Shown here piece by piece: positions 11,844 through 22,678 of a DNA stretch of 64,000 nucleotides. Position 1 is the stretch's first letter, and the number at the start of each line of letters is the position of its first letter. Location of the stretch: NCBI GenBank assembly GCA_903882905.1, contig CAIRYW010000004.1:49117-113116 (forward strand), in the 5' to 3' direction. The notes beneath the pieces were generated by a model. It was not told where the DNA came from. It made no database searches and saw nothing but the letters and a program-made list of their open reading frames with translations. Both the position numbers and the translations under genes were made by a program. This DNA comes from an uncultured bacterium (GTDB lineage Bacteria > Patescibacteriota > Minisyncoccia > Phycocordibacterales > CAIRYW01).

Positions 11844-12071
11844 TTAGTATCCGAGCTTACTATCTAGGTCTCTTAGAATAAAATCCATATCCTTGTAGGC
11901 GTCATCAAGATAATTTCTTATTCCTCGCAAATATTCTCTTGCTTCTGCTTCGTCATTGGGGAATCTATCGTAATAATAATCTAAAACTTGTTCCCGAATT
12001 ATATAGGAATCTTTTTGAATTCTATCTAAAATATTTTTTTGCTCATCATATGCTTTATCTTTATCAAACAT
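11844..12071 (-). CDS. hypothetical helical protein
   Basis: 75-aa ORF in line with the GH18 gene. Confidence 0.55.
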   Translation of the reverse strand: MFDKDKAYDEQKNILDRIQKDSYIIREQVLDYYYDRFPNDEAEAREYLRGIRNYLDDAYKDMDFILRDLDSKLGY

Positions 12072-12095
12072 ATTATTTTTTTATTAAATTGATAA

Positions 12096-13208
12096 TTATT
12101 TTAATGCAACAGGTAAATTTTCCCACATTTTTGGATCCTCCAAGCCATCAACTTTAAACAAAGCGACTCCACCTAGGCCAAGATTTTTTGCTAAAGTAAA
12201 TCTTGCTTGAATTGTACTTGCATCCTCAAAAACAACATAGTGATTTTTTCCTTTTGCTGTATAGGTAAAATATTTTTCTCCACCTATTGTATCTTTTATA
12301 GTTGCGTTATAAAGTTTAGAAACAGTTAGAGCTCTAATGTAGGATTTGGCTCCAAATCTTTCTACATTTCGCACTCCTTTTTTTGTTGTGTAGGTAAAGT
12401 CATATCCATATGAAGGGATTCCTAAAATAATTTTTTTAGGATCAATTCTAGTTACAGCGTAAGCAGAAATATTTTTTACGTAATCAAGTGATGCATTTGA
12501 TACGGAATTGTATAGAGGTGTAGTTGTTGAAAATTTATTACTTTGATAGACAGCAGAATATTCATCGTAGGCCATGATGCGAACTTGATCACAGTAATTA
12601 TTCATCACGCTCCAGTCATTAGCCCAAGGAAATTTTTTATTTAATGGGACACTTAGGAGCGCTACATCATACATTCTTGCTTCCACGGTACAAACTAGAA
12701 TTTTGTTTTTTGAACGTAATTTATTTGAAAGCTCAGTAATAAAAGTTGAAAAAATATCTTTGTCGGTATCATGTTTTCCTTCGTAATCAATTTCAACTCC
12801 ATCAAAATTATTTGCTGTGACCATCGAAACAACTTCATCCTCATGGGCTGTTCTTAGGGTTGAATCAGAAAAAACATTATGCATTTGATTTTTTGCAGTC
12901 CAAAGAATAGAAGGAACTATCTTTATGTTTTGGCTTCTCGCACTACTAAAAACAGTATTCCAGTCCCCTTTTGAAATTTTTAGCTTATCTACTAAGTGCG
13001 CATTGCTATCTACTTCATAAGCAAAAGGCGTAATTATGCTAAATTTGCTTAAATTTGCCTGTAAAGTAGGTATTCCAAGGTCTTGAGACCAATATGGAAT
13101 CCAGGAAGCTACACTAAAGGTGTTTAAAGTAGAGGCAAAGGCAAAAATTGGAAATAAAAACCCAATTAAAGTGATTTGCAGGATGTTCAAGGAAGTTTTC
13201 ATGTTCAC
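12096..13208 (-). CDS. secreted glycoside hydrolase family 18
   Basis: Signal peptide, FDGVEIDYE catalytic motif, MAYD, ILGIPSYGYD, LGGVALF. Confidence 0.88.
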   Translation of the reverse strand: MNMKTSLNILQITLIGFLFPIFAFASTLNTFSVASWIPYWSQDLGIPTLQANLSKFSIITPFAYEVDSNAHLVDKLKISKGDWNTVFSSARSQNIKIVPSILWTAKNQMHNVFSDSTLRTAHEDEVVSMVTANNFDGVEIDYEGKHDTDKDIFSTFITELSNKLRSKNKILVCTVEARMYDVALLSVPLNKKFPWANDWSVMNNYCDQVRIMAYDEYSAVYQSNKFSTTTPLYNSVSNASLDYVKNISAYAVTRIDPKKIILGIPSYGYDFTYTTKKGVRNVERFGAKSYIRALTVSKLYNATIKDTIGGEKYFTYTAKGKNHYVVFEDASTIQARFTLAKNLGLGGVALFKVDGLEDPKMWENLPVALK

Positions 13209-13235
13209 ATTATAACATGCTGATATTTTTAGGTT

Positions 13236-14087
13236 CTATTCAGTTAGATCTAGGTAATCATCAATCATAGCTGAGACTGTTGCTTGAGCTCCAGCTCCGG
13301 GTCCATAAGCCTTCTTTTCACCATTTATGTACATTACGTTATTAACTCCTGTCGGCAACCAATTGCTATTATTATCCTCAGTAAAGCCAGTTTGAATTTT
13401 ATCTTTTGTAATTTTAACTACACACCTTTTACCTTCCTTGAAGCCAACTTTTTCAATATCATTTTCTGTTATAGTTCTATCAAAAATATCTGTGTGATTT
13501 GAAATAATTATTGTTTTGTAAATTGCGTCTTTTATCTCAATATTAATAATTTCATCAAAAGTGTTTGCTCCAGGTTCTGAAAATTTATTCTCAAAAATTT
13601 CTTTCACAATTTGCTCTTTTGCTTTTCCAGACTTTAATTCATCTCCAATATAGTTAAGTGTGCCGTTTACTACAGCATTAATTTCTGAAATATTTTCTGA
13701 TTTGTATTTAGAAATTTCTTTTAACATCATTGTTCCTCCACCAACTGATGCAGTATATTTAAAAATATTTTTGTATTCCTTTAATTTGTCCCAATGATTT
13801 GCAATAGAGGCTTTCTCACAAGTAATGACTGGTTTTCCTTTTTCTAAAAAGGCTAACTCATACTCAAGTGCGATATTACCTTTTCCTTTTGTCGGAATAC
13901 ATATAAAAGCTAAATCAATCTCATCAATAAAATCTCTCCAATCTTTTTGCTCCGCAATTTTATTTTGTGAAATATCAAATACACCATCTGATCGAACAAT
14001 ACATTTAATGTTGGCGTTTTCTTGACCAAGTCTTTTTATTAGTGTTGAACCAATATTTCCAGCTCCGAATATAATTACATTATTCAT
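13236..14087 (-). CDS. homoserine dehydrogenase-like protein (no ACT domain)
   Basis: GAGNIG Rossmann motif, VITCEKA, ASVGGG, VNGTLNYI, GPGAGAQATVSA. Confidence 0.8.
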   Translation of the reverse strand: MNNVIIFGAGNIGSTLIKRLGQENANIKCIVRSDGVFDISQNKIAEQKDWRDFIDEIDLAFICIPTKGKGNIALEYELAFLEKGKPVITCEKASIANHWDKLKEYKNIFKYTASVGGGTMMLKEISKYKSENISEINAVVNGTLNYIGDELKSGKAKEQIVKEIFENKFSEPGANTFDEIINIEIKDAIYKTIIISNHTDIFDRTITENDIEKVGFKEGKRCVVKITKDKIQTGFTEDNNSNWLPTGVNNVMYINGEKKAYGPGAGAQATVSAMIDDYLDLTE

Positions 14088-14101
14088 TTTGTAATTCTAA
14101 C

Positions 14102-14138
14102 AAAAAACACCACGAGAGTAACCTCTCGTGGTGTTTTT
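14102..14138. terminator. bidirectional terminator hairpin after hppA
   Basis: AAAAACACCACGAGAG-TAAC-CTCTCGTGGTGTTTTT. Confidence 0.8.
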
Positions 14139-14150
14139 GGATTATTTTAA

Positions 14151-16145
14151 TTAAATTATAAACGGAATGATTAGGAGAGCTACAATGTTTAGAATTTTAA
14201 TCATTGGGTTGATTGCAGGTCCTGCTGTGTCCTTATAAGGATCTCCAACTGTATCTCCAGTAACTGCTGCTTTGTGAGCATCACTTCCTTTTCCGCCATG
14301 GTGTCCTTCTTCAATAAGTTTCTTTGCGTTATCCCATGCTCCACCACCCGATGTCATTGAGATTGCAACGAACAATCCTGTAACAATACTTCCAACAAGA
14401 AGTCCTCCAAGTGCAACTGGTCCGAATACAAATCCAACAAAAATCGGAGCGATAACAGGAATAAGTGCAGGAATTATCATTTCTTTAATTGCAGCTGAAG
14501 TAACAATATCTACTGCGCGTGCGTAATCTGGTTTTGCGCTTCCGTCCATAATACCTTTGATTTCTCTAAATTGTCTTCGAACTTCGTCAACAACTTTTCC
14601 TGCGGCTTTTCCTACAGCTTCCATTGAAAGTGCTGCAAAATAATATGGAAGTAATCCTCCTAGGAATAATCCGATAATTACTTTTGGATCACCGAGTGAA
14701 AATTGAACTAGATGTAATCCCTTTTGTGCTTCTGTTGTGTAAGATGCAAAAAGCACAAGTGCTGCAAGTCCGGCTGAACAAATCGCATATCCTTTTGTAA
14801 CTGCTTTTGTTGTGTTTCCAACAGCATCAAGAGGATCTGTAATATCACGAACTTCTTTTGGAAGCTCTGCCATTTCCGCAATTCCTCCAGCGTTATCTGT
14901 AATTGGTCCATATGCATCGATAGCAACAATAATTCCTGCCATTGAAAGCATACTCATTGCTGCGATTGCGATTCCGTAAAGGTTAGCGAATGAATAACTT
15001 GTAAGAATTCCCAAAACAATCACAAGTAAAGGAAGTGCTGTAGATTTCATTGAGATCGCCAAGCCTTGAATAATATTTGTTCCGTGTCCAGAAAGTGAAG
15101 CGTTAGCAATTGATTTTACTGGAGCATATTTCGTTGATGTGTAATATTCAGTAATGATAACAATCAATGCTGTAACAACTAGTCCAACAATAAGTGAACC
15201 AAATAATTGTCCAAAAGAATAAATTCCATTATCACTCATTAATATTTTTGTAACAGGATAAAATGCAATTGCAGATAGAACTCCTGCTGCAATTAATCCT
15301 TTGTACAATGCACCCATGATATCTTTACTTTTTCCAAGTTTTACAAACCAAGTTCCCACAATTGAACAAATAACAGCAACTCCACCAAGAACTAATGGGT
15401 ATAGAAGTGCATTTTGTGAACCGTGGAAAATTGAAGCGCCTAAAATCATAACTGCAATTGTTGTAACAGCATAAGTTTCAAAAAGGTCAGCAGCCATTCC
15501 TGCGCAATCTCCAACGTTATCTCCAACGTTATCAGCAATTACTCCAGGATTTCTTGGGTCGTCTTCTGGGATTCCTGCCTCAACTTTTCCTACAAGATCA
15601 GTTCCAACATCAGCAGCTTTTGTAAAAATTCCACCGCCCAATCGAGCAAACACTGAAATCAAACTGGCACCAAATGCAAGACCGATAAGTGCGTTTACAT
15701 CCTGAAAAACTGCATAAAATCCTGAAACACCAAGAAGTGCCAATCCTACAACTAGAAGTCCTGTAACTGAACCTCCATCAAAAGCAATTTTAAGTGCTTG
15801 AGCTAAACCTTCTCTTGCCGCTTCAGCTGTTCTCACATTTGCTCTAACTGAAACGTTCATTCCAATGTATCCTGCAAGAGCAGAAAATAGAGCTCCGATG
15901 GCAAAACCAAGAGCTGTAACGAATCCTAAGGAAACCCATAGGATGACAAACAAAACAACAGCAATAACTCCAATTGTCTTGTACTGTCTGTTTAAATAAG
16001 CCTTAGCACCCTGTTGAATTGCCAATGCAATTTCTTGCATACGAGCATTTCCAGCTGGTTTTTTTAAAATAAGCTTGCTTATAAAAAGTCCATATGCGAT
16101 TGCTAATACAGCGGCGACAATGGAAAAAGTGATATATGCGTTCAT
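14151..16145 (-). CDS. hppA: membrane-bound ion-translocating pyrophosphatase, K+-independent type
   Basis: [46 protein letters not shown] (Lys marks K+-independent enzymes), [11 protein letters not shown]. Confidence 0.96.
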   Translation of the reverse strand: MNAYITFSIVAAVLAIAYGLFISKLILKKPAGNARMQEIALAIQQGAKAYLNRQYKTIGVIAVVLFVILWVSLGFVTALGFAIGALFSALAGYIGMNVSVRANVRTAEAAREGLAQALKIAFDGGSVTGLLVVGLALLGVSGFYAVFQDVNALIGLAFGASLISVFARLGGGIFTKAADVGTDLVGKVEAGIPEDDPRNPGVIADNVGDNVGDCAGMAADLFETYAVTTIAVMILGASIFHGSQNALLYPLVLGGVAVICSIVGTWFVKLGKSKDIMGALYKGLIAAGVLSAIAFYPVTKILMSDNGIYSFGQLFGSLIVGLVVTALIVIITEYYTSTKYAPVKSIANASLSGHGTNIIQGLAISMKSTALPLLVIVLGILTSYSFANLYGIAIAAMSMLSMAGIIVAIDAYGPITDNAGGIAEMAELPKEVRDITDPLDAVGNTTKAVTKGYAICSAGLAALVLFASYTTEAQKGLHLVQFSLGDPKVIIGLFLGGLLPYYFAALSMEAVGKAAGKVVDEVRRQFREIKGIMDGSAKPDYARAVDIVTSAAIKEMIIPALIPVIAPIFVGFVFGPVALGGLLVGSIVTGLFVAISMTSGGGAWDNAKKLIEEGHHGGKGSDAHKAAVTGDTVGDPYKDTAGPAINPMIKILNIVALLIIPFII

Positions 16146-16229
16146 AAATCTTATTAATTATTATTAATTTTACTAGCTATAATAGGCAAAAGATTAGCAT
16201 AATTGGGCTCAAAAAACAAAGCTTTTTTG

Positions 16230-16325
16230 CTAAAGAAGTATCCTAAGTATCCAAATTGCGGATCCAATAATTACTATTATCAAACCTGCGACTTTAAGAT
16301 TATATGTACTATTGTTGTTATCCAT
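16230..16325 (-). CDS. small single-TM peptide (31 aa)
   Basis: Hand translation MDNNNSTYNLKVAGLIIVIIGSAIWILRILL; below ORF-track cutoff. Confidence 0.4.
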   Translation of the reverse strand: MDNNNSTYNLKVAGLIIVIIGSAIWILRILL

Positions 16326-16327
16326 AA

Positions 16328-16501
16328 TTATTTATTAATTAACGACTTATCATCTATTAAAACTCCAGACATAATTGCTGTTGCGCCTTCCTTAATTTCT
16401 TTTACTATTGGGGCACCTAAAAGAATTTTGATACACCAACCGAAACTAAGTATAATTACAATAATTGCAATTAACACTATCAATTTGTCATCTCTTGACA
16501 T
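16328..16501 (-). CDS. small single-TM protein (57 aa)
   Basis: Hand translation MSRDDKLIVLIAIIVIILSFGWCIKILLGAPIVKEIKEG...; fills the gap in the minus-strand gene run. Confidence 0.5.
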   Translation of the reverse strand: MSRDDKLIVLIAIIVIILSFGWCIKILLGAPIVKEIKEGATAIMSGVLIDDKSLINK

Positions 16502-16529
16502 TATAGCATTTTAACACATCTTTCATATT

Positions 16530-16928
16530 TCAATCTAGTCTTATTTTTTTTAATTCACTACGTCTTTGTACAAAATCTGGAATAGTTTTTGATACTAAGT
16601 TCCAAAATTTTTGTGAATGATTAAATTCCTCTAAATGACACAGTTCATGGACTATTAGATAGTCAGCCAAATGTTCTGGTAGTAAAACAATTCTGTAATT
16701 GATATTTAAATTTCCTTTACTGGAACAACTTCCCCACCTAGTAGTTTGAGATTTTATTTTTACAGTTCCATATTTAAAATTATAAAATTGGTTCCAATAT
16801 TCGAGACGCGAAAGCGTAAACGCTTTCGCGTCTTCTTTATGCAAGCTCAATGCAATTTTATTTTTGGTATTTTTTACACGAGTTCTTCTTCGTACTTTTT
16901 TACGTACAATTCTAAACCAAAGTGACAT
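16530..16928 (-). CDS. YgjP/DUF45 (M48-like) metallo-hydrolase
   Basis: TRWGSCS, YLIVHELCHLEEFNHSQKFW. Confidence 0.88.
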   Translation of the reverse strand: MSLWFRIVRKKVRRRTRVKNTKNKIALSLHKEDAKAFTLSRLEYWNQFYNFKYGTVKIKSQTTRWGSCSSKGNLNINYRIVLLPEHLADYLIVHELCHLEEFNHSQKFWNLVSKTIPDFVQRRSELKKIRLD

Positions 16929-17503
16929 TAATTTTTTTCAATTAATTTTTGTCTACCAAGTCTGATCGACATTGTAATAAAAACATTTGCAACAAATGTA
17001 TACACAGGAAAAGCTAGTAACACCCAATTAAATTTATTTACAGCAAAAATGGCAAAAAAACCTCCAAGCATTGTGAGTTCCCATGAAATTACAGGTTCAG
17101 TCGTTGGATACTTGTATGACTTTACAATTGTTAAATAAGCGCCAGCTGCATCGATCAATATTGCTAATAGTAATGTAAGAGTAGCTTCTCTTGTTATAAA
17201 CCATAAAATTAAACTACCTCCAGCAATACCAAGTGCCCATTTATCCCTTTTTGAAAAACCTCCCATTCCATATTTTATTGAAAGTATAAATATTAAAAGG
17301 TCACCGATTGCTTGAACCCCAGGTAACCAAAGAGAATATGACGCACCCTTTGAAAGTTGGGTAAAGAAAGCTATCCCGCCAAGAATAGACCAAAGTAACC
17401 AAGAAGCTCTTTCTGGTCTTGTTTGACCTTTAAATATATAAATAAGATAGGGTAAAAAAGAAAGTGTAATACAAATCCCAGAAAGATAGCCCAAATATTG
17501 CAT
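16928..17503 (-). CDS. integral membrane protein (PQ-loop-like)
   Basis: About 6 TM helices, FLPYL...KGQTRP...SW. Confidence 0.7.
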   Translation of the reverse strand: MQYLGYLSGICITLSFLPYLIYIFKGQTRPERASWLLWSILGGIAFFTQLSKGASYSLWLPGVQAIGDLLIFILSIKYGMGGFSKRDKWALGIAGGSLILWFITREATLTLLLAILIDAAGAYLTIVKSYKYPTTEPVISWELTMLGGFFAIFAVNKFNWVLLAFPVYTFVANVFITMSIRLGRQKLIEKN

Positions 17504-17505
17504 AG

Positions 17506-18417
17506 TTAATCAAACGTTACAGCTAAGTAATCATTAATCGTACTTTGATCAAGTTCGTAAAAATATTTACCTTCGTTATGCAGTCTAGTTGCTAGATCTA
17601 CTCCAACAAATCTCCAATGCCAAGGCTCAAACTCATAATATTTATTATCAGCTGGATATGAAAGTACAAATCCATATTTGTATGCATTATTTTGAAGCCA
17701 TGTGTACTCAGGTGTTTTATCAAAACTATTAAATGTGTCTCCAACACTTGGTGTTGTAAAATCTAGTGCTGTTCCTAATTGATGTTCAGAATACCCTTGG
17801 TCTGCTGAAAAAGAATTTGCAGTTCCAGCTCCGTAAGTAACCTTGTAGCTTGATTTAAGCAGGGCTTGAGTACCAAACGACCTATATGCAGAAATTACTT
17901 TTAAATTGAGTTCCGCAGATTTTTCTGCTACCAACAGTCTAGTTAAAAATGATGAAATCTGAGTATTAATTTGGAGAGCACTATTTTTGTTAAAAAGGTA
18001 ATTAGGATCAAGATTTGTTAAATTTGCCGGCTTATAATTCTCATTCAAAAAATAAACTTTTGAATATTTCTGCAAAAGTTGCGGATCAGTTTTACTAAGT
18101 TTATATAGCGTAGTTGCCGCGGCTGAAATTTGACCAGCTTGTGCAGAGTAAACATTATTATTGCTCTGAATGCTTTGAACTGTGTTCCCAAGGTTTGAGC
18201 TCTGACTTTGAATTTCAGCTAATGTGCTATTAAGTGCGTCAATTTTCATTTGTATCTCAGACGTGTTTGCGGTCAACTGACCTTCTATTTGAGTCGAAAG
18301 TTGACGATTCCTATATTCACCAAAACCAACAATTCCAGCAAGTACAATTAATACTCCAAGTGTTTTTAGCACATTCTTCCAGTTGACGATTTTTAGGATT
18401 GTCATTTTCATTCTCAT
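17506..18417 (-). CDS. D-Ala-D-Ala carboxypeptidase (M15B/VanY family)
   Basis: N-terminal TM and coiled coil; SAYRS, SEHQLGTALD, EPWHWRF. Confidence 0.9.
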   Translation of the reverse strand: MRMKMTILKIVNWKNVLKTLGVLIVLAGIVGFGEYRNRQLSTQIEGQLTANTSEIQMKIDALNSTLAEIQSQSSNLGNTVQSIQSNNNVYSAQAGQISAAATTLYKLSKTDPQLLQKYSKVYFLNENYKPANLTNLDPNYLFNKNSALQINTQISSFLTRLLVAEKSAELNLKVISAYRSFGTQALLKSSYKVTYGAGTANSFSADQGYSEHQLGTALDFTTPSVGDTFNSFDKTPEYTWLQNNAYKYGFVLSYPADNKYYEFEPWHWRFVGVDLATRLHNEGKYFYELDQSTINDYLAVTFD

Positions 18418-18454
18418 TCAAATTCTATCACAGTTAATTTGATACAATGACTAA

Positions 18455-19279
18455 GTGAAAACAATCATCCATCTTTCAGATTTACATTTCGGAAAAGTAG
18501 ATACAAAAAGAGTTAATCCATTAATTAAAAAAATCCTAGAAATAAAACCTGACTTGATTATAGTTTCTGGAGATTTAACGCAACGTGCAACAGAAATTGA
18601 ATACAAAGCTGCAAAAAAATTTTTGGGCAAATTAAAATACCCTATATTTGTAATTCCTGGAAATCACGACATACCACTTTTAAATGTTTACCAAAGATTT
18701 ACTTCCCCTTTTAAAAAATATATTAAATTTATTTCTCCAGATTTAGCTCCATTTTATTGTGATGACAAAATTGCAGTTGTTGGAATAAATTCTGTTAGAA
18801 GATATACACTTACTTCAGGAAGAATTAGTAACAGACAAATTTCTACTACTGAAAAAATCTTTGACTCTCTTGATCCAAAATTAATTAAAATAGTTGTATG
18901 CCATCACCCTTTTGATTTACCTCACAGTACAGAAACGATTAAAAAACATACTCATAAAGTTGTGGCGCACTCAAAATCAGCAATGAAGCATTTTTCAAAG
19001 AAAAAAGTAGATATTTTTTTATCTGGACACCTCCACCATACCCACATTGGAGATACTACCAAACGTTACAAAATAAAAGGATATGGTGGCTTAATCGTTC
19101 AAGCAGGAACAGCAATTTCCAAAAGAACAAGAAGCGAACCTGTTTCTTTTAATGTACTAAAAATAAAAGGATCAAATATAGATATCGAAAATTATGCAGG
19201 AGATAAATTAAGCCCAGAATTTATTTTGTCTTCTACAAAAAACTTTAGAAATAGTGAAAGTGGCTGGAGAGCTATCTAG
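18455..19279 (+). CDS. calcineurin-like metallophosphoesterase (CpdA-like)
   Basis: DLHFG, SGDL, PGNHD, HHP, GHLH. Confidence 0.9.
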   Translation: MKTIIHLSDLHFGKVDTKRVNPLIKKILEIKPDLIIVSGDLTQRATEIEYKAAKKFLGKLKYPIFVIPGNHDIPLLNVYQRFTSPFKKYIKFISPDLAPFYCDDKIAVVGINSVRRYTLTSGRISNRQISTTEKIFDSLDPKLIKIVVCHHPFDLPHSTETIKKHTHKVVAHSKSAMKHFSKKKVDIFLSGHLHHTHIGDTTKRYKIKGYGGLIVQAGTAISKRTRSEPVSFNVLKIKGSNIDIENYAGDKLSPEFILSSTKNFRNSESGWRAI

Positions 19280-19382
19280 ACCACCAACCACTTCTATAAT
19301 ATGTAATTCATTTCGTCATCAAACGGCTTATTTACTGTTAATCAGGTCTAAATTTAATAATAAATAATTTGATACAAGATTT

Positions 19383-20489
19383 ATGGCAAAAAATATATGG
19401 GCAGGAGTAGGAGTGATTGTTTTAGTTTTAGTAATTATTGGAGCAGTGATTTATTCAAATCAAAATCCTCCATTAGTAAGCCTTACTACACCAGTAGACA
19501 CTTCTACTCAAACGAGTTCAAGTCAGACGGTTACAAAAACAGTTACTAGTCCACAGCCTTCTTCACCAAATGTTGTGACATCTTCTTCGGCAATTCCAAC
19601 AGATACAACTGTTGTTGTTTCAGGAACAGTTACTCCAAATGGCGTGCCAACAAACTATTGGTTTGAGTACGGTACAAGTTCAAATTTGGGATTAAAAACT
19701 ATAACTCAGTTGATCGGTTCAGGCTATTTAGCAATTCCTTCACCTGGATATATTACTGGGCTTACAAAAGATACAACTTACTATTTTCATCTTGTAGCAC
19801 AAAATGAATTTGGAAAAGTAATCGGCTCACAATTTTCATTTCAAACAACGCATGGCGTTTCTATTCCAACTGGAAGTACTCCTACTGTGAGAACTAGCAC
19901 TGTAAGTGATATTTCAAGATATGGAGCAACACTAAATGGAAATGTAACTCCAAACAGAGCAGCAACTTCATATTGGTTTGAGTACGGCACATCTAAAAAC
20001 TTTGGGTTTATAACTTCACTACAAGATGTTGGAAACGGTACAGCAAATGTTACAGCTTCAACCCAGGTGTCAAATCTAAATCCTTTGACAACTTATTATT
20101 ACAGATTAAATGCTCAAAATCAGTTTGGAACAATAGTTGGATCAACCTTCTATTTCAAAACAATTGGCCCTGCCGCTCCAACTTCTCCTTCAGCTACAAC
20201 AGTGAGTGCTACAAACATTAAAGGTGTAACCTCAACCCTTCGAGCAACAGTCAATCCAAACGGAGCGCAGACACAATATTGGTTTGAGTTTAGTACAGAT
20301 TCACAACTTGCTACCTCACTTCAAACATCTGCTCAAACATCAGCTGGTGCTGGAATTGCAAATGTTTCAGTTTCTGCAGATGCAACTAGTCTGAGTACAA
20401 GTACAACATATTACTTTAGAGTAGTAACTCAAAATGATCTTGGTACTGTGAGAGGAAGTATTCTTTCATTTAAAACAAAAAATAATTAA
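19383..20489 (+). CDS. membrane-anchored protein with three fibronectin type III-like repeats
   Basis: Three copies of V(T/N)PN...YWFE(Y/F)...L...TTYY(F/Y)..AQN..G. Confidence 0.85.
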   Translation: MAKNIWAGVGVIVLVLVIIGAVIYSNQNPPLVSLTTPVDTSTQTSSSQTVTKTVTSPQPSSPNVVTSSSAIPTDTTVVVSGTVTPNGVPTNYWFEYGTSSNLGLKTITQLIGSGYLAIPSPGYITGLTKDTTYYFHLVAQNEFGKVIGSQFSFQTTHGVSIPTGSTPTVRTSTVSDISRYGATLNGNVTPNRAATSYWFEYGTSKNFGFITSLQDVGNGTANVTASTQVSNLNPLTTYYYRLNAQNQFGTIVGSTFYFKTIGPAAPTSPSATTVSATNIKGVTSTLRATVNPNGAQTQYWFEFSTDSQLATSLQTSAQTSAGAGIANVSVSADATSLSTSTTYYFRVVTQNDLGTVRGSILSFKTKNN

Positions 20490-20507
20490 CTATTATTAAC
20501 ACCGAAC

Positions 20508-20540
20508 AAAAAAGCCGCTCCCTCCGGGAGCGGCTTTTTT
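20508..20540. terminator. bidirectional terminator
   Basis: AAAAAAGCCGCTCCC-TCC-GGGAGCGGCTTTTTT. Confidence 0.85.
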
Positions 20541-20542
20541 AA

Positions 20543-20599
20543 TTACTTATTCTTCTTTGGCTTCTTCTTTTCTTTTTTGTGAGATTCTCCTTTGGCCAT
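20543..20599 (-). CDS. putative 18-aa lysine-rich micro-protein
   Basis: MAKGESHKKEKKKPKKNK, stop directly followed by the terminator. Confidence 0.45.
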   Translation of the reverse strand: MAKGESHKKEKKKPKKNK

Positions 20600-20655
20600 A
20601 AATTTAGAATTATTCTTTTAACAATAAAATTGTATCACGAATTTTTAACAAATTC

Positions 20656-20970
20656 TTATTTTACCTCTCTCAAGATATCATTAACCCAAACAACTCTTTC
20701 TTGGTCCGCATTTTGGCTTGCAAAATTTATTAGCTCCTCTAAGCCAGCGGTTCTTCTCAAACTATCTAAATTATTTACCCTTAAGGCCTCTGACTCAAAA
20801 GTTGTCTCGCCGCTTATAATTCCTTCAATATTTGCGGTTCTATTTTCTTTAGATTTTTTGAACCAATTAAAAGTCCAATTAGTTGGATCTCTTCTGGCCT
20901 TTTCAACATCCTCATTTACTAAACTATTTCCATCATCAAGTTTGCCACTAAATTGCAATGATTTATTCAT
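20656..20970 (-). CDS. hypothetical protein
   Basis: 104-aa ATG ORF. Confidence 0.55.
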   Translation of the reverse strand: MNKSLQFSGKLDDGNSLVNEDVEKARRDPTNWTFNWFKKSKENRTANIEGIISGETTFESEALRVNNLDSLRRTAGLEELINFASQNADQERVVWVNDILREVK

Positions 20971-21072
20971 GTTTTATTATAATTATTTAATATAAAGTAT
21001 TATAACAAACCCAAATAAATATAAAAACTGTTAGCGCTTCACAAACTTTCTTCTTATTTCAATATTATTTTT

Positions 21073-21107
21073 ACTAGTCACTAACAACTAATCACTATTT
21101 ACTATTT
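21073..21107. repeat. degenerate heptamer tandem repeat (ACTANNN x5)
   Basis: ACTA recurs at 21073, 21080, 21087, 21094, 21101. Confidence 0.6.
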
Positions 21108-21230
21108 TCCTCTTCTTGATTGAGACACATCAGCAATAGAGAAATTTCTACTTTTTCTTAAGGAGTTTTGCTTCTTAAGATTTTTTCCTGCGTTTTTAAG
21201 ATCAAATGATTTTTGTGATTTTTTGGACAT
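21102..21230 (-). CDS. small basic protein (42 aa)
   Basis: Hand translation MSKKSQKSFDLKNAGKNLKKQNSLRKSRNFSIADVSQSRRGK, 11 bp after the Fic stop. Confidence 0.4.
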   Translation of the reverse strand: MSKKSQKSFDLKNAGKNLKKQNSLRKSRNFSIADVSQSRRGK

Positions 21231-21241
21231 GTGTGAGAAAT

Positions 21242-22342
21242 TTATCTTTTTAAAATATCAGCTAAAGCATCAAAACGATAAATTTTATTTCTTTTCTTAT
21301 CAGGAGTAATATCGCTTATGATTCCAGATTTTAAAAATTTATTAATTAAATCAAATAACGTCTTTGAATTCTTTATGTGGGTCATTTTTCTAATTTTAGG
21401 GGAAGTAAAGAAAGGATTAATAAAAAGTGCCTCCAAAAAATCATGACTGTATATAGAATTAAAAACAATAGCTCGCTCATTTATTGAATGATATAAATCC
21501 AAAATCTTTTTTGCTGTTTCTTGTGCTTTTATTGCTTGAATATCTAAACCATTAAGAAAAAATAAAATCCAACTTTCCCAGTCGCTATTCTCACTAACTC
21601 CTCGAAGTAAATCATAGTAATCTTGCCTATGTTCTTCAAAAAATTCACTTAAATAGATAAACGGAAAAGTAAGAAGTTTTTTCTCGTATAACATAAGGGA
21701 AATAATTAGCCTTCCTATTCTTCCGTTTCCGTCCATAAATGGGTGGATAGCTTCAAATTGGTAGTGAGCAACTGCAATTTGTACAAGCTTATCTTTTTCA
21801 TCCTCAGAATTAATATATGTCTCAAAATTACTAAATAGTTCAGGTACGTACATTGGCAGAGGTGGAATATATGTGGCATTTTCTATTCCTAATCCCTGTT
21901 TTCCTATGTATACTTGTCCGCGTCTAAAATTTCCTGGATCCTTCTTGTGGCCCCTAACAGAAGAAAGTAAAATAGAGTGAAGGTTCTTTATAAAATTTTC
22001 AGTGATAGGTTTTTCTTTAAGAAAATTAATACCGTTCTCAAGTGCGTGTCTGTAATTCATAATTTCCATAAAATCTTTCTCCTTGCTTGTTTCTTCTTTC
22101 AGGATATCCTGTGCTTCATGTTCTAAAACTTCGCTAAGGGTTGCTTGTGTACCTTCGATTTGAGAGCTTAAAACAGCTTCTTTTGTGGCTAGTGTCCTAG
22201 ACAAGAGCAATGGGTTTTTAAGTTGATATAACAAGGCATCAAGACGTGCCAATGAAGCGTGGGCTTTTGTCATTGCTTTAATAAGCTTTTCGTAATCTAT
22301 TTTTGGAGGAAGCTTTGGTAGATCGAATGGTTGTTTTATCAT
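21242..22342 (-). CDS. Fic family protein (class II, Fic_N plus Fic plus C-terminal wHTH)
   Basis: SSQIEGT inhibitory motif, canonical HPFMDGNGRIGR. Confidence 0.93.
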   Translation of the reverse strand: MIKQPFDLPKLPPKIDYEKLIKAMTKAHASLARLDALLYQLKNPLLLSRTLATKEAVLSSQIEGTQATLSEVLEHEAQDILKEETSKEKDFMEIMNYRHALENGINFLKEKPITENFIKNLHSILLSSVRGHKKDPGNFRRGQVYIGKQGLGIENATYIPPLPMYVPELFSNFETYINSEDEKDKLVQIAVAHYQFEAIHPFMDGNGRIGRLIISLMLYEKKLLTFPFIYLSEFFEEHRQDYYDLLRGVSENSDWESWILFFLNGLDIQAIKAQETAKKILDLYHSINERAIVFNSIYSHDFLEALFINPFFTSPKIRKMTHIKNSKTLFDLINKFLKSGIISDITPDKKRNKIYRFDALADILKR

Positions 22343-22678
22343 GATATCTATATTTTATAGGTAGATTATGACTTTTTCTTATTCTACTGATGGCTACTAA
22401 TAAATTTCCTTAATCTACATTGTACACAATTCAGTATACTATGCAAGCTATTAGTCTACCAGGTGAATGCTAATTCCTTGTAAATTTAAAAATTTGCATT
22501 GTGCATTTTTTTCACATTGCTTTTTAATTTGAACTAGTTCCATTTTGGAAACAGTTGCTTTTTGCAAATTATGTCCAACTATCCGGAAATTCCAGGTAAT
22601 TGCTCTAAGAATAGTCCTCAACAAATACAATTTTTATAAAAGTCTTCTTTTATTAGCGGCCTCGGGTTTTTTGATTTA

